The notes beneath the pieces were generated by a model that was not told where the DNA came from, did no database searches, and was given only the letters and a program-made list of their open reading frames with translations. The position numbers and the translations under genes are program-made. A stretch of 63,989 nucleotides of DNA from Tubiluchus corallicola (Eukaryota; Animalia; Priapulida). The stretch covers positions 1-63,989 of the forward strand of contig JAQGDQ010001086.1 in assembly GCA_030141605.1 (NCBI GenBank), in the 5' to 3' direction. Shown here one piece after another: positions 12,047 through 25,498 of the stretch. The first letter of the stretch is position 1. Every line of letters starts with the position of its first letter.

Positions 12047-12264
12047 CGGGCAGCGTTGTTAGCGTGATGTAGTCTTTATCTTCTTTCTCTTTGTTTTCTT
12101 CTTCATGTTTTTGTTCTAGTAAAGAAACTTCGGTGCTGAACCTTGCCGTTTGAAACTGGCTTCGTGAAACTGGCTTCAGGTTACCAATCTGTTGGTTGTA
12201 ATGATGATTTTCGCAGACACTTATAGCAATGTCAAATTGGCGTGTGAACAGTTAAACGATCTCA

Positions 12265-13666
12265 TTAGGAATGAGCATCGAACGTTCGAATTCAATTCGA
12301 ATGAGTTTTTTTTAGGCTCAAATTCGATTCGAACCTAAAATTATAAATTCAAATTATTCAGCACTACAACCACATATGTTCTTTATCGTTAAAGCAACCA
12401 CATATGTTCTTTATCGTTAAAACAACCACATACGTTCTTTATCGTTAAAACAACCACATACGTTCTTTATCGTTAAAACAACCACATACGTTCTTTATCG
12501 TTAAAACAACCACATACGTTCTTTATCGTTAAAACAACCACATACGTTCTTTATCGTTAAAACAACCACATATGTTCCTTATCGTTAAAACAACCACATA
12601 CGTTTTTTATCGTTAAAGCAACCACATATGTTCTTTGTCGTTAAAACAACCACATATGTTCTTTATCGTTAAAACAACCACATATGTTTTTTATCGTTAA
12701 AACGTTTGAAACATCATGCAATTAGCACTGTGTAGCTGTGATTTCTGACGAAAATCGAGCAATATGCACGATCTTTGTAAGATCACTTTTACTGGCGGTT
12801 CGAAAACCTGTTCGAAACTCAAACTCTCAAGCAGGGTTTCATCATTGATAAATGTGTAAATCAGTGTTGGATTAATGGCACAGAGAAAATAAAATAACCG
12901 CCAGTATTATAAATTCACAAAAAATGAACTATTACAGCAGCCATTTTTCGCGTTCTCTGCAGTTTGCCTCGTTTGAGTATTAAGCATGAACATCGAACGT
13001 TTGAATCGAATTCGAACGAGTTTTTGTTTGAATTTAACTCGAACCTAAAATGATAGATTTGAACAATTCATCTCTTCAACAACATTATGTTCTTTATCAT
13101 GAAAGTGTTTGAAATATAGTCCAATTATGATAATATAGCTGCGATTTCTGTCACAATTTTTAAAAAAATTCGAGTAATATGCATGACTTTGTAAGACTAA
13201 TTTTTACTGGTGGCTCGAAAACTTGTTCGAAAATCTCTCAATCTCATTCGAAATACTGAAGTTCGCTATTAATACGAAAGCTACAAATTCGATTCGAATT
13301 CGCTTTCAGGGCGAATGCTCAGCCCTACTCCTTACTGAGTATTGACCACCGTGACATACAGACTCAGTCGTTAGAAATGACCGTGCAAAAAATTAGCCTA
13401 AGGTTAGCCTAACAGATGGCGGAACAGTCGTTTGTGGTTTACATATTGTATCCTGTGTGAATTGTTGTATTAAATTTTATCAGATAGTGAAAATTTTCAG
13501 TGCCATTGAAGATATTGGTTCTGACACTTAAATTATATAGTTTTCTGGTGGCTCGAAAACTTGTTCGAAAATCTTTCAATCTCATTCGAAATACTGAAGT
13601 TCGCCACGAATTCAAAGACAACAAATTCGATTCGAATTCGCTTTGCGGTAGAGAATGCTCACCCCT
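12265..13666. mobile_element. Cluster of TTCGAA-rich hAT-like MITE copies and fragments; includes a 28-bp minisatellite (~12 copies, 12367-12702)
   Basis: Ends TAGGAATGAGCAT (12266), ATGCTCAGCCCTA (13315-13327) and ATGCTCACCCCTG (13655-13667); same family as 24431-25261. Confidence 0.65.
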
Positions 13667-15687
13667 GGTTGTCATGCAGCGTCTGCCTTCTGCGCCAGTT
13701 TGACGTCAAATTGTTACGGGATAAAACCCAGTGCCTTCTCATGCCTTAGGCATGCAGTCAGTGAGTTGCGCCCAGTGCCTTGTCATGCCTTAGGCATGCA
13801 GTCAGTGAGTCGTGCGCCATCTAGAGCACAGAAGTAACAGTTACAGTTTAAAATTCTTGGAGCTGTTTACGACCGTTTAATAGCTTTGATGCCATTCCAC
13901 CTTAAAACTACACTTGATGAGATTATTTCTGAAAAGCTTTGTCTTTTAACATCAGAATCATTTTCTACACTCATTGCAGGCATGGTAACATTTCCAAAAT
14001 GCACAAATAGCTTTCCGTGAGTTGTGCAACTTTACTAATGTCCGAATGACTGTACCTTATTTTTGATAAAATACCGTACGTAAATTGTTTGTGTTTGCAA
14101 GCGAAATACCGTAAGTTAAACTTAATACGAGTCAGCGTCGCTTAAACTTAGAATGAAAGTGATTGTCGTACTTAGTTGTTAGCAAAGATGTACGGTTTCA
14201 TTAATGGCCTGTCACGCCAAAGTGAAGAAAATTTGCTGAAAAATATCGGACTGTGTTTAGTTTTCGTCATTTTTATTCAGCGTGGGATTTGATCCCGTAG
14301 CTCACATGATAACTTCATTGGTAAAACGTACAGTTGTTAGCAGGTTGTAAACTTTATTTTTCTACAGTAACTGCAAACTTAATGGCTTTACTGTTTGGTA
14401 ATGTTACCGTAAGGTGTTTGACTGTACTCAAAATAGTTATATATCGATTGTCGCACCATATACACAATGTTTTTGTAATTTGCTTCAGTTTCTTACTCGT
14501 CTGTTGACCGTAAAAATGGCTGCTCTGAGCGGTCATCTCGGAAGTATAAAGTATAGACTTTATGTACAGCATTGCCGCTAATGCAAGCTTTGTGTTCAGT
14601 GAGACAGCATGTACATGATGTCATATATATAGTTATATATCCATTGTCACACAACAGTAAACCAGTTGTATTTAAGAAATTGAGATTGGAAGAATAATTT
14701 CCCATTGTTACAAAACATAAGAATGAAAGTAACAATGAATGATTGTTGTTATTCAAGCTCATACCACGTGACCTGTAGTGTGTAGTAGCATTTTCTGGTA
14801 TCTTTGTCGTTTTACAATGCTTTTACGAGCGTCCGTTTCTATGTTATGATATGTGATTGTGAACACAGCTTTAGTTAGTGTTAGTGTAGTCATTCAGGAC
14901 ATTGATTATCATCTCAGTGTTGTGTACTGTATGTTGTGTCGTTTGGCGCATTGTTTTCATGTGGCATTGTATCTAATTATTCCCTTTGTTGTAAACTGGA
15001 CAGTCTAATGTTTGAATTGATAAGTATTAGTTTTTCCTGCTTGGCCACATTTTGAGTATACTGGTTATACTCCGAGATATTAGTATGAGATTCGTATGAT
15101 GAAAATTAATGATAGTAACATTTTTACATTGCAGTTTGCATAAAATGAAATTAGTGTATGTATGTGAGTATCACTTCATTGTCTGTCTCGTAAACCAGAT
15201 GGTCGTTAGCTAATTGTAAAATCTTAGACATGTTGTAAAATTGTTTGCTATATAGGATAATATTCATTGCACAAGATATACACAGTAAGAACTGAAAGTT
15301 TTAATGTTACACTAGGATTTATAAGTTCATTAATTATTCTGTAGATGGCACTACATTAGCTTTTTTAACTCTTTCGTTAGATTATCATGCAGACACCCAG
15401 TGCCATTCATTGACACAAAGAAAATAAAATGTAATGTGCCACAATTCAAGAAAATATACATGTATCTGTATAATTTGCATTGTGGAGACCTGTTTATGTT
15501 AATTAGTGTAATTGATTACATAATTGAAAATGATGAAACATTCATTACAAATGATTCTTGCAAGTATGGGGACAGCAAGGGAACTGGAAAAATGTAAAAT
15601 TTAGTAAAATAAATACAATCACGTTTTGAAAAATCGCACTGATATTTTATTTCTTCTTGTGTTCTATTGGTATATAAAGCTGTACAC

Positions 15688-16170
15688 CAGGGGTGTGCAA
15701 ATTGCGGCCCGCCGAGAGAATTTGTGTGGCCCGCGAAGAGATTTGTCAACCTAATGAAAGTGCGGCCCGGGCGATTAATTGAGTGTATCCAGCTGAAGTC
15801 CGTGCCACGATCCCAAAGATAGTGTGGGTAGTTTTTTCTACTAGATCGGAAGCCATTAGCACTTACAAGACGGCTGTAGCTTAATGTCACTGTACTACAC
15901 AGACTGTGTGATACACATTACTAATATGCATTGTAATGAAGTTTCACTATCTGTCCTGAAAGTAGAAATATGTGGTTTGTAATATAAATTTTAATAATTT
16001 CTAAAATAGTTTCTTGAGTGTAGTAGTAGTAATGATGTATGCAGGTCGAATGCAAAAAATCGTTATTAGGCCTTTCTGTACTTGGCTCCTTGATCAAACT
16101 GCCTGTGGCCCGCAGGAATTGTGGGAAAGTTTAATGTGGCCCGGCTAGTCAGATAATTTGCACACCCCTG
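15688..16170. mobile_element. hAT-type MITE, copy 2
   Basis: Same TIRs and interior as copy 1; flanks CTGTACAC / CCCTACAC. Confidence 0.9.
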
Positions 16171-16342
16171 CCCTACACATTATGAACTGTGCTCACAGAA
16201 CATGGACTCCGAGCTGTGACAGGATGTTCCGTTTTTTCTAAAACTGCTCACAGAGCTGTAATGTAAAGATCACTTTGAATTTGGAAAGAAATGAAATTCT
16301 AAAAAAGGGGTGCCAAGAATCACGGCTTAGGTCTCCTCTCTG

Positions 16343-18818
16343 AAGCAGGGTTTCATCATTGGTAAATGTGAAAATCAGTGTTGGATTAATGGCTCAGAAA
16401 AAATAAAATAACTGGTAGTATTATAAACTCACAAAAAAATAAACTATTACAGCAACCATTTTTCGCGTTCTCTGCAGTGCCTCGTTTGAGTATTAAGGGT
16501 GGACATCGAATTCGAATGAGTTTTTAGTTTGAATTTAATTCGAACCTAAAATTATAGATTTGAATAATTCATCTCTTCAACCACATCATGTTCTTTATCA
16601 TGAAAGTGTTTGAAACATAGTCCAATTACAATAATCTAGCTGCGATTTCTGTCACAATCTTAAAAAAATTCAAGTAATATGCATGACTTGACATTTTGTT
16701 ATATAAGTTATCATACTATGGTATCAGGGGACGTCCTCTTGCGCTTTTCACGTCTTACCTTACTAATAGGAAACAGTTTACGTCTATTGACTCATCAGAA
16801 TCTAAACTTGCTGATATAACCTGTGGTGTCCCACAGGGTTCTACATTGGGTCCATTGTTATTTCTTTTATATATTAACGATCTGCCATCTTGTTCGCAAT
16901 TTAACACCAGATTGTTTGCAGACGATACAAACTTATTTTTATCACACCAAAATATCAAAACATTAGAACATTCAGTAAATGTGGAACTGGACAATATTAA
17001 TAAATGGATGCAAGCAAATAAGCTATCGATAAATTATAAAAAAACAAAATATATGTTAATTGGAAACAAGCAACATAACAATAGTTTAAACATAAATATG
17101 GGAGGTTGTACTATTCAATCTACACAAGAAATCAAATATCTTGGTATATTTATAGATAGTAGAATTACTTGGAAAACACATGTTCAGCATATAGCCAACA
17201 AAATTAGCAAATTAAGTGGAGTATTAGCTAGAATACGACACTACATAAATGTAGATGCACTACGGCTCTTATATTCTTCTCTTGTCATGCCATATCTGAG
17301 TTATGGCATTCTCGCCTGGGGTAGTGCTTCAGCATCGGTCTTAAAATCATTGGTTTCTAAACAAAACAAGATTATCAAACTTATAACATCTACTAGCAAA
17401 AGGGAACATGTAACACCTTTGTATTTGCAACTAAATCTACTAAAAGTTCATGATCTGTATAAATTAGAATTGCTCAAGTTTGTACATAAATTCAAAAATA
17501 ATTCACTTCCAGATCTCTTCAGCAATTATTATACTTTAGCATGTCACATGCATCACCACTCTACTAGGTTTGCTACAACCCAATCTTATTTTATTGAAAG
17601 ATTTAACTCATCTAAAGGCCAGAATTCTTTAAAACACCAAGGATCTTTGCTGTGGAATTCATTACCAGACCAGTTAAAGTCCAGTAACTACAAAAAGTTA
17701 ATTTTAAACTATAAAAAACAACTTATTGCAGGATACAAATAAATGAGACATTTTGCTTATATACTTGTAATACTATACATATTTTTTTCATTGCTACGAC
17801 ACTTAAAGATTTTGTTTAAGTTTTTGTTATATTTTGATTTCATTTTGTCTGATTTACAGTTGAAATAGTTTTTCGATGGTTTAATTTATTATATTTTCTT
17901 TCTCGACAAATTCAGTCATTGATGTTATTATTACAACATTTCAGTTTTGTTTTTCTTATTTGCTTCTGTTTCTTGTTTTGTTTTGTATGATTTATATTTG
18001 CCTTATTTTTCCTTGGTTTAATCTATTATATTTTTTCTCGACAGCTTTGGTTGATCATTCTACTGTTTTTTTGTTTTGTTTTTTTGCCGGATTTTTTAGT
18101 TAATGCTCAAATTATGCATATTCTGTTATCTTAAAAATCTCAAGTTATTTTTATTGTGTTTGCTTCGCATGATTCATAGTATTTTAGAATTGTAAATCTT
18201 TCGTTATTTAAACTATATGTTCTACAGTATTACGATACCTATCATTCAATTGCCAAATTAACACACATCAACCGAATACAAATTTAAATTGATAACGACG
18301 CCATAATTAAGTTTATTTAATCATAACTATTTAAGGGTGGCTGACTTGATAACCTACGGGTTCTTCGCTGCCCTTCTCCTTTGCTTTAAAATATTCCATG
18401 TAGTCTTTATACTGTATTTTTATCGTTCTAACGGAGATAATAAATAATTGAATTGAATTGAATTGACTTTGTAAGACACTAATTTTTACTGGTGGCTCGA
18501 AAATCTTTCAATCTCATTCGAAATACTGAAGTTCGCTATTAATACGAAGGCTACAAATTCGATTCGAATTCGCTTTCAGGTGGCGAATCCTCAGCCCTAC
18601 TCCTTACTGAGTATTGACCACCGTGACATACAGACTCAGTCGTTAGAAATGACCGTGCAAAAAATTAGCCTAAGGTTAGCCTAACAGATGGCGGAACAGT
18701 CGCTTGTGGTTTACATATTGTATCCTGTGTGAATTGTTGTATTAAATTTTATCAGATAGTGAAAATTTTCAGTGCCATTGAAGATATTGGTTCTTACACT
18801 TAAATTATATAGTTTTCT
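16343..18818 (+). repeat. Local duplicate of 12829-13547, split by a LINE insertion
   Basis: 16343-16689 matches 12829-13189 and 18465-18818 matches 13184-13547. Confidence 0.85.
16690..18464 (+). mobile_element. 5'-truncated LINE (L2/CR1 group); open RT C-terminal ORF 16696-17742
   Basis: GVPQGSTLGPLLFLLYINDL, LFADDT and KYLG RT motifs; 3' stem-loop, AATAAA, (AATTG)n tail; TGACTT duplicated at both junctions. Confidence 0.93.
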
Positions 18819-19392
18819 GTACGAAAGTGTTCATTTTCATATAAGCCAAGATATATGTTTATGCACTATATTCTTTCAGTATGCACTGTTATATTACAAT
18901 GTAGGCGGAATCCCTTTGCCCCAATACTCACAAAAGCTGTGGTTCGACTGCATACTGACAAAACGATTTTACAGTGAGTAAATTTTGCCATACTTTTTAG
19001 CCACCACTTGATTAATTGTTGACGAAACTCAGAATGTCTACTAACAATACAGGCAAAAAATTGGACAAATCTGCGTTTATGTGATGGACCTTTGGAAAAT
19101 TAGTTCTATAGGGCTATGATTTTATTTTTGTACATCAGTAATACAACATCAGACACATGCAAACATCATCTTTAAAACTGAAATCCAGACACACAAAGAG
19201 TAAAGGACTAGAGTCTGTAGACCAATGATAGCCTGTGTTTACCGTAAATTTTTTGCAAACAGTACTTTCTTTAAATTTTCTATTGGAAAAACTAAGAGCA
19301 AATCTGCCTAGCATTAACTGTAGTCATCTCAAGTTTATTTTCTTGCAGAAAAATGTAAAACTTGAAAAAGAGGAAGGAAAAAATTTGACAAG

Positions 19393-21537
19393 ATGAGTAG
19401 CGATGAAGATGAGGCATATGACGAAGCGTTTGGTACACCAACTTACAGTGACGAAGAGTCTCTCAATAAACCACCAGTCATTCAAGCAAACTACAACCCA
19501 AACGAAGATGATGAGGCTTTCAGTGCACAATCCAGCGACAGAGAAGATGATGATGACGACGACTATGAGGAAGTGATTGAAAATAATGTTAACGAGCGGC
19601 AAAGCATGCAGTACTTTCCTGCAGTAACAGCAGCTGTTGGTAACAGAGAGAGAGAAAATGACGAAGACGAGGCAACTATGGTGGGGAATGATAATTTTGG
19701 AATGAACGATTTTGAAAAATACAGGGAGGAGGTATTCGGCTGTGACCCAGAAGATAACCAAGATGCTAAACCGATACAGGCTCACGAAATTGATAACAAG
19801 GCGTTGAACGTCTTGCTGGAAGAGAATGGCTTCATCGACGCTGATGGCTCGAAGAAGTGGAAATGCCACATCTGTGAATGTAAGGTGTACTCGACTAAGC
19901 ATAATCTAATGATACACGTTCTTGATCACAGCGGCGTAAAAGCCCACGGGTGCCACATCTGTGGCAAGAGATTTAAGCAGGGCAGTCACTTGCAGTCGCA
20001 CTTGTTAACTCACAGTAACACCCGACCGCACGAGTGCAAGACGTGCGGACGTTGCTTCACGCAGGTGTCGCATCTCAGACGACACGAGATCGCCATTCAC
20101 GGCGCGAAGGAGCGACACAAGTGCGAGCAGTGTGAACGCAGCTTTGCTTATCCGAGTGAGCTACGGCTGCACGTTGAAAAGGCGCACACGAATCACCAGT
20201 TCGTGTGCACCGAGTGCAACCGGGGATTTACCACAGATGCCAAACTGCAGATGCACGCGCGCCGACATCAGCTCGAGAACGTTTACTGCGAAGAGTGCGA
20301 CCGCACATTCACGTATCCTAGTCAATTGCAGGACCACATGAAGATCCACTCTAGCGTGCGGCCGTACATATGCACGGAATGTGGTATGGACTTTGTAAAG
20401 GACCACCACCTGAAGAACCACATGCTGACGCACTCCGGCGTTAAGCCGCACGAGTGCAACACGTGCGGGAAGCAGTTTTCTCTCAAGTCCAACCTGAAAC
20501 GTCACCTGAAGGTGCACACGGGTGAAAAAGACTTCCACTGTCAGGTGTGCGACCGTCAGTTCGGCCAACTGCAGACGTTGAACGCTCACCTGGTGACGCA
20601 CTTGGAGACGAAGCCGTACCAGTGCACCTTGTGCGAGAAGCAGTTCAGCCGTCACTACAATCTGCAGGCGCACATGAACTTGCATCGCGAGGAGAAGCCA
20701 TTTCGTTGTTTCTGTGGCGCTGGTTTCACGATGAAGGGCAACTATCAGCGTCACGTGAAAATGAAGCATCAGTCGGGAACAACCGACTCTGCTGCTGCCG
20801 CCGCCGCCACCTCGAACTACTTCAAAAACGAGGAGGGTCCAAATTTTGAAAGAGAGCCAGTTGCGGAAGCGGTTACCCCGGCAACCAACCGGGTGCGCTC
20901 TGCAGCAAAAAGGAGTAGCCACAAGTGCAGCCTGTGTACCCGCTCTTATTTATATCCTAGTCAGTTGCGTGATCACATGAAGTCGCACGAGAACGTGCGG
21001 CCGTTCCACTGCGAAGAGTGCGGCAAAAACTTTCTCAAAGAACATCACTTGAAGAATCACATGATCACGCACAGCGGCGTGCGAGATTACAAGTGCGACA
21101 CGTGCGGCCGCGCGTTTACGATAAAGTCGAATCTGAAACGGCATATCAAAATCCACGCCGAGGAGAAAGAGTTCCCGTGTAAATTCTGCTTCGAGAAATT
21201 TCCGACGTCCGACTCGCTCAGCGCTCACCTGTTGACACATTCCCCCACGAGGCCATTCAAGTGCGACTTCTGTGATAAAAAGTTTTCCCGCGTTACCAAC
21301 CTGACGGCGCACACTAACGTTAAACACAAGAACATTCGACCGTTCACTTGTTACTGTAATTCTGCGTTCACTAACAAGGGGAATCTGGGTCGGCACCTGC
21401 GATTGGTTCACAATGACGACATACACCCAGATGTACTTCTTGACCTAAACAATGCCGATTTAGCTAAAGATATTAAAGTTGAAACGGAAAACAGTGATGA
21501 TTATGATATGCACGGTGAAGAAGACACGGACACGTAA
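19393..21537 (+). CDS. ZNF710: ZNF710/ZNF366-family C2H2 zinc-finger transcription factor, 714 aa, 17 fingers (11+6), acidic N-terminus
   Basis: Finger signatures follow ZNF710 in order: KHNL, KQGSHL, TQVSHL, FAYPSEL, SQLQDH, VRPYICTECGMDF, RHYNL, KGNYQRHVKMKH; splice acceptor ttgcag at 19343-19348 upstream of the ATG. Confidence 0.85.
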   Translation: MSSDEDEAYDEAFGTPTYSDEESLNKPPVIQANYNPNEDDEAFSAQSSDREDDDDDDYEEVIENNVNERQSMQYFPAVTAAVGNRERENDEDEATMVGNDNFGMNDFEKYREEVFGCDPEDNQDAKPIQAHEIDNKALNVLLEENGFIDADGSKKWKCHICECKVYSTKHNLMIHVLDHSGVKAHGCHICGKRFKQGSHLQSHLLTHSNTRPHECKTCGRCFTQVSHLRRHEIAIHGAKERHKCEQCERSFAYPSELRLHVEKAHTNHQFVCTECNRGFTTDAKLQMHARRHQLENVYCEECDRTFTYPSQLQDHMKIHSSVRPYICTECGMDFVKDHHLKNHMLTHSGVKPHECNTCGKQFSLKSNLKRHLKVHTGEKDFHCQVCDRQFGQLQTLNAHLVTHLETKPYQCTLCEKQFSRHYNLQAHMNLHREEKPFRCFCGAGFTMKGNYQRHVKMKHQSGTTDSAAAAAATSNYFKNEEGPNFEREPVAEAVTPATNRVRSAAKRSSHKCSLCTRSYLYPSQLRDHMKSHENVRPFHCEECGKNFLKEHHLKNHMITHSGVRDYKCDTCGRAFTIKSNLKRHIKIHAEEKEFPCKFCFEKFPTSDSLSAHLLTHSPTRPFKCDFCDKKFSRVTNLTAHTNVKHKNIRPFTCYCNSAFTNKGNLGRHLRLVHNDDIHPDVLLDLNNADLAKDIKVETENSDDYDMHGEEDTDT

Positions 21538-22143
21538 TGTGAACAGGTTATCCGAAGTTCGGCCGGTTGTCTCATCGTGTTTTCATTTTGCGCATTTGTC
21601 GAAATAACGTATTTTCACGCGCTGCCAAGAATCATGTGGATTTTTTGATTCGCTTGTGTTGTGCTAGCGGGGCACAAAAGCTGGTTTTATTCATCGGTCA
21701 GTAGTGAGAACTTTACCAGTGTAAACGTGAACATGTATGTAAGTTTGCTGCGAACTAACGGTACAGTGACGATAATTAATGTTTTCCACAATAACTAATC
21801 GTTACTTATATGTGCCTGATCCGTTTGAACTGGTAGAGTTTGTCTACCAATTCTAGTTAATTAATTACCATTTGACAATGTATAGTAAACTTATTAAATA
21901 TAGAAATCTTATTAAAATTGCAAATAGATAGCATAATTGCACGAAATCATTGCATACGCAGGTGCATTTTCAGGCTCTTGTATAGGCTTTACGGAATTTA
22001 TTCAAACCGTTTATTCATACTCGCTTGCAGCACAATAAATATACAAGGAAAAGCTACAAATTGTAAGAATTACAATAAATTAGTTCAAGCTGTACATGTT
22101 AAAGGAAAGAAAGTTTGTTAATTAGTTAAAGCAAAGCAAAGTG

Positions 22144-22495
22144 CAGTCAACTTCGGATATAAGGGACACCTCCAGACCGGAAAAAATCGTCCCTTATAGC
22201 CGAAGTTGAGTCAGACCGAGGGTGTATTTAGACTTGTACTTTTCTGTACTTTTACCCATATTTTTATGCATTATTGTTACACATTCAGTGCAAACGGTAT
22301 GTAGGAAGCTCCTTCAATGATGCGAGATGTATGTGACCACGGAAACCGAGCTGTTCGAAGGTCGAGTTTGTGAAAAATTGAGGTTAAAAATCGATCAATT
22401 TCGCTTTGATCATAGGGTCCCTTATATTCGAGGTAATTTACCTGGGTTTCTATTACACGGGACCTGAAGATATTTTTCATTGTAACCGAAAGTAA
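22144..22495. mobile_element. Truncated second copy of the Tc1/mariner-type MITE
   Basis: CAGTCAACTTCGGATATAAGGGACACCTCCAGACCGG... colinear with 24498-24835. Confidence 0.75.
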
Positions 22496-22769
22496 CTTTT
22501 ATCAATTTGAGGAACTAATACTCTTTATGGAAAGTATGCTCTGATTTCGACTATTTTGCACATGATTGACCTGTGTTGTTATGGTTTAGCACTATAATGT
22601 GTTCTTGGTAATTAGTATATTATTCTTTTACATACGTGTATTTCTAATTTTTTAAAGTTGTTTTGTCGTTGTCACAGAAGTATAGTATAGTATTAGTACT
22701 ATAGTATTAGTATACTTTTAAATTTGTGGACTGGCTCGGCAACTTTTTAATTTTAAAATTTTTACTGCA

Positions 22770-23500
22770 AGTTTATCTTTCTGTCACTAGGTGTCATCAC
22801 CTGATAGGAACTTTTAAATTATGGAAGAACTGTTCTACTTTTTAATTTTAAAATCCTTACTGTAAATCTGTAAAGTTCATCTTTTTGTCACTAGATGTCA
22901 GCACCTGATAGGAACTTTTAAATTATGGAACAGCTGTTCTACTTTTTAATTTTAAAATCCTTACTGTAAATCTGTAAAGTTTATCTTTTTGTCACTAGAT
23001 GTCAGCACCTGATAGGAACTTTTAAATTATGGAACAGCTGTTCTACTTTTTAATTTTAAAATCCTTACTGTAAATCTGTAAAGTTTATCTTTTTGTCACT
23101 AGATGTCAGCACCTGATAGGAACTTTTAAATTATGGAACAGATGTTCTACTTTTTAATTTTAAAATCCTTACTGTAAATCTGTAAAGTTTATCTTTTTGT
23201 CACTAGATGTCAGCACCTGATAGGAACTTTTAAATTATGGAACAGATGTTCTACTTTTTAATTTTAAAATACTTACTGTAAATCTGTAAAGTTCATCTTT
23301 TTGTCACTAGATGTCATCACCTGATAGGAACTTTTAAATTATGGAACAGCTGTTCTACTTTTTAATTTTAAAATCCTTACTGTAAATCTGTAAAGTTTAT
23401 CTTTTTGTCACTAGATGTCAGCACCTGATAGGAACTTTTAAATTATGGAACAGCTGTTCTACTTTTTAATTTTAAAATCTTTACTGTAAGTCTGTAAATT
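22770..23500. repeat. Minisatellite, 104-bp unit, ~7 copies
   Basis: CTAGATGTCAGCACCTGATAGGAAC at 22891, 22995 and onward. Confidence 0.95.
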
Positions 23501-23883
23501 ATATTTTTATCACTGGGTGTAATCATGTTACGTAATGTATACTATTACCAGCACTGCTCTGGTAACTATACTGCACTGGTAACTGCCATTTACCAGAATT
23601 GCACTGGCAACGGTTAGTATGTTTTTAATAATGTCGAATAGTAAGATTTTTTAACGTTTTTGGATTTTTCCTTGGAATGTTTCAATTGTCATCCATCGTT
23701 GTTTATCAGTTGCATTCTCCTTTGCATAACTTGAAAGTTGTTTGTGTTTCCGGAGACACACGTGCAGAGTTTTCGTGCATTTAAAAACTGATGTAATTTT
23801 TGCATCGAATGTTGTCGCCCATCAGGAATTTTCAGTGTCAAATTGGCTAACAGTCCTCTTAGTTAAAGCACTGTAAATTAATT

Positions 23884-23895
23884 GAGAGAGAGGGA

Positions 23896-23931
<36 letters not shown>

Positions 23932-23982
23932 CGAGAGAGAGAGTGAGAGAGAGAGAGACGAGAGAGAGTGAGAGACGAGAGA

Positions 23983-24013
<31 letters not shown>

Positions 24014-24050
24014 GGAGGGAGAGAGAGAGAGACGAGAGAGAGAGAGAGAG
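23884..24050. repeat. (GA)n microsatellite
   Basis: Directly visible. Confidence 0.95.
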
Positions 24051-24430
24051 TGCAAGGGACAGAGCTGGAGACAGAAAAGACTGGCAAGAGATAGATTGGG
24101 AGAGGCAAACAGAAGGCTTTATCCTACTAAAATAGTGGCTCTTAAACTAAAAGAGCAACCATGATTATTCTGCTAAAATATTTTTGGGGAACACTTTTTC
24201 TCGAAACGAGTTGTCTAGGAAAAATTTTCTGGGAAAGGTTTTTTCTGTAAAAAACGTTTTATGGGAAACACCTTTCTAGGAAGTGAACCTAAACCGCCTC
24301 ATATCTATTTTGTACATTTTAGACATGTTAATATGCAGTTTTTTGTGAAATCCTGTATATGCCAGTACAGAAAATTCGACGCAAGTGTAATTTTTTTGTA
24401 AGAAATAAATCCAAGCTCATGAATGTACAT

Positions 24431-25261
24431 TAGGGATGAGCATCGACTGTTTGAATTCGATTCAAATGAGTTTTTATATAGCTTTTATTCGAAAGTACCG
24501 TCAACCTTGGATATAAGGGACACCTCCAGACCGGAAAAAATCGTCCCTTATAGCCAAAGTTGAGTCAGACTGAGGGTGTATCTAGACCTGTACTTTTACA
24601 AATATTTTTTATGGATTATTGCTACACATTCAGTGCAAACGGTATGTACGAAGCTGCTTCCGTGATGCGAGATGTATGTGACCGCGGAAACCAAGCTGTT
24701 CGAAGGCCGAGTTTGCGAAAAATCGAGGTTAAAAATCAATCAATTTTGGTTTGATCACAGTCCTCATATGCAAGGTAATTTCCCTGGGTTTCTCTTATGC
24801 GGGACAGAAGATATCTTCCCTTGTAACCGAAAGTGTCTTATATCCGAGTACCTTATATACAAAGATTTTTATATAGGAAAAACGTCACGAAAATTCGGGA
24901 CCGGTATTGGTGGTCCCTTATAAGCGAATGTCTCTTATAAGCGAGTACCTTATACCCGAGATTGACTGTAATTTATTTAGCGATCAATTACTTCAGTTAT
25001 AGAGAATCTTCATCATTAAAATGTTTGAAACATCATGCAATTAGCGTAATTTAGCTGTGATTTCTACTGATTTTACTGCAGAACAAAATCGACTGACATC
25101 TTTGTAAAACCGTTTTTTATTGGCGATTCGAACGCTTGTTTGAAAATTTTTTTCAAACTCATTTCGGATTCCAAATTCTGAATTTCGGGTGGATTCGAAT
25201 TCGAAAGTCACAAATTCGATTCGAATCGAATTCGCCTTCTAGTACAGAATGTTCACGCCTA
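24431..25261. mobile_element. TTCGAA-rich hAT-like MITE with a nested Tc1/mariner-type MITE
   Basis: TIR TAGGGATGAGCAT / ATGTTCACGCCTA; flanks ATGTACAT / ATGCATAT. Confidence 0.7.
24498..24968. mobile_element. Tc1/mariner (pogo/Tigger-like) MITE
   Basis: TA|CCGTCAACCTTGGATATAAGGGACAC ... GTACCTTATACCCGAGATTGACTG|TA. Confidence 0.8.
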
Positions 25262-25498
25262 ATGCATATTTATTCATTTTAATGTCAGTGTACCTTGTAT
25301 AAATAAATTTGTAAATAAACAATGCATTTTCAGGACTTGTGGTTGTTAGCAACCGCCGTTGCCTTGATTCTGCCTAGTAGTTAAGTGAAGTGTGAACCTG
25401 GCCTTAGATGTGCGGCATGTTAACTTCATGATAAATAAAATGTCCACTGAATTCAAGTTCTTATGACTGTTTCGGCATTGTATCTCTCTAACAGTAAT

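Noticed and set aside
19324-21426. Long antisense and alternate-frame ORFs over the ZNF710-like gene
   Set aside because: Shadow ORFs of a GC-richer coding region with no recognisable motifs
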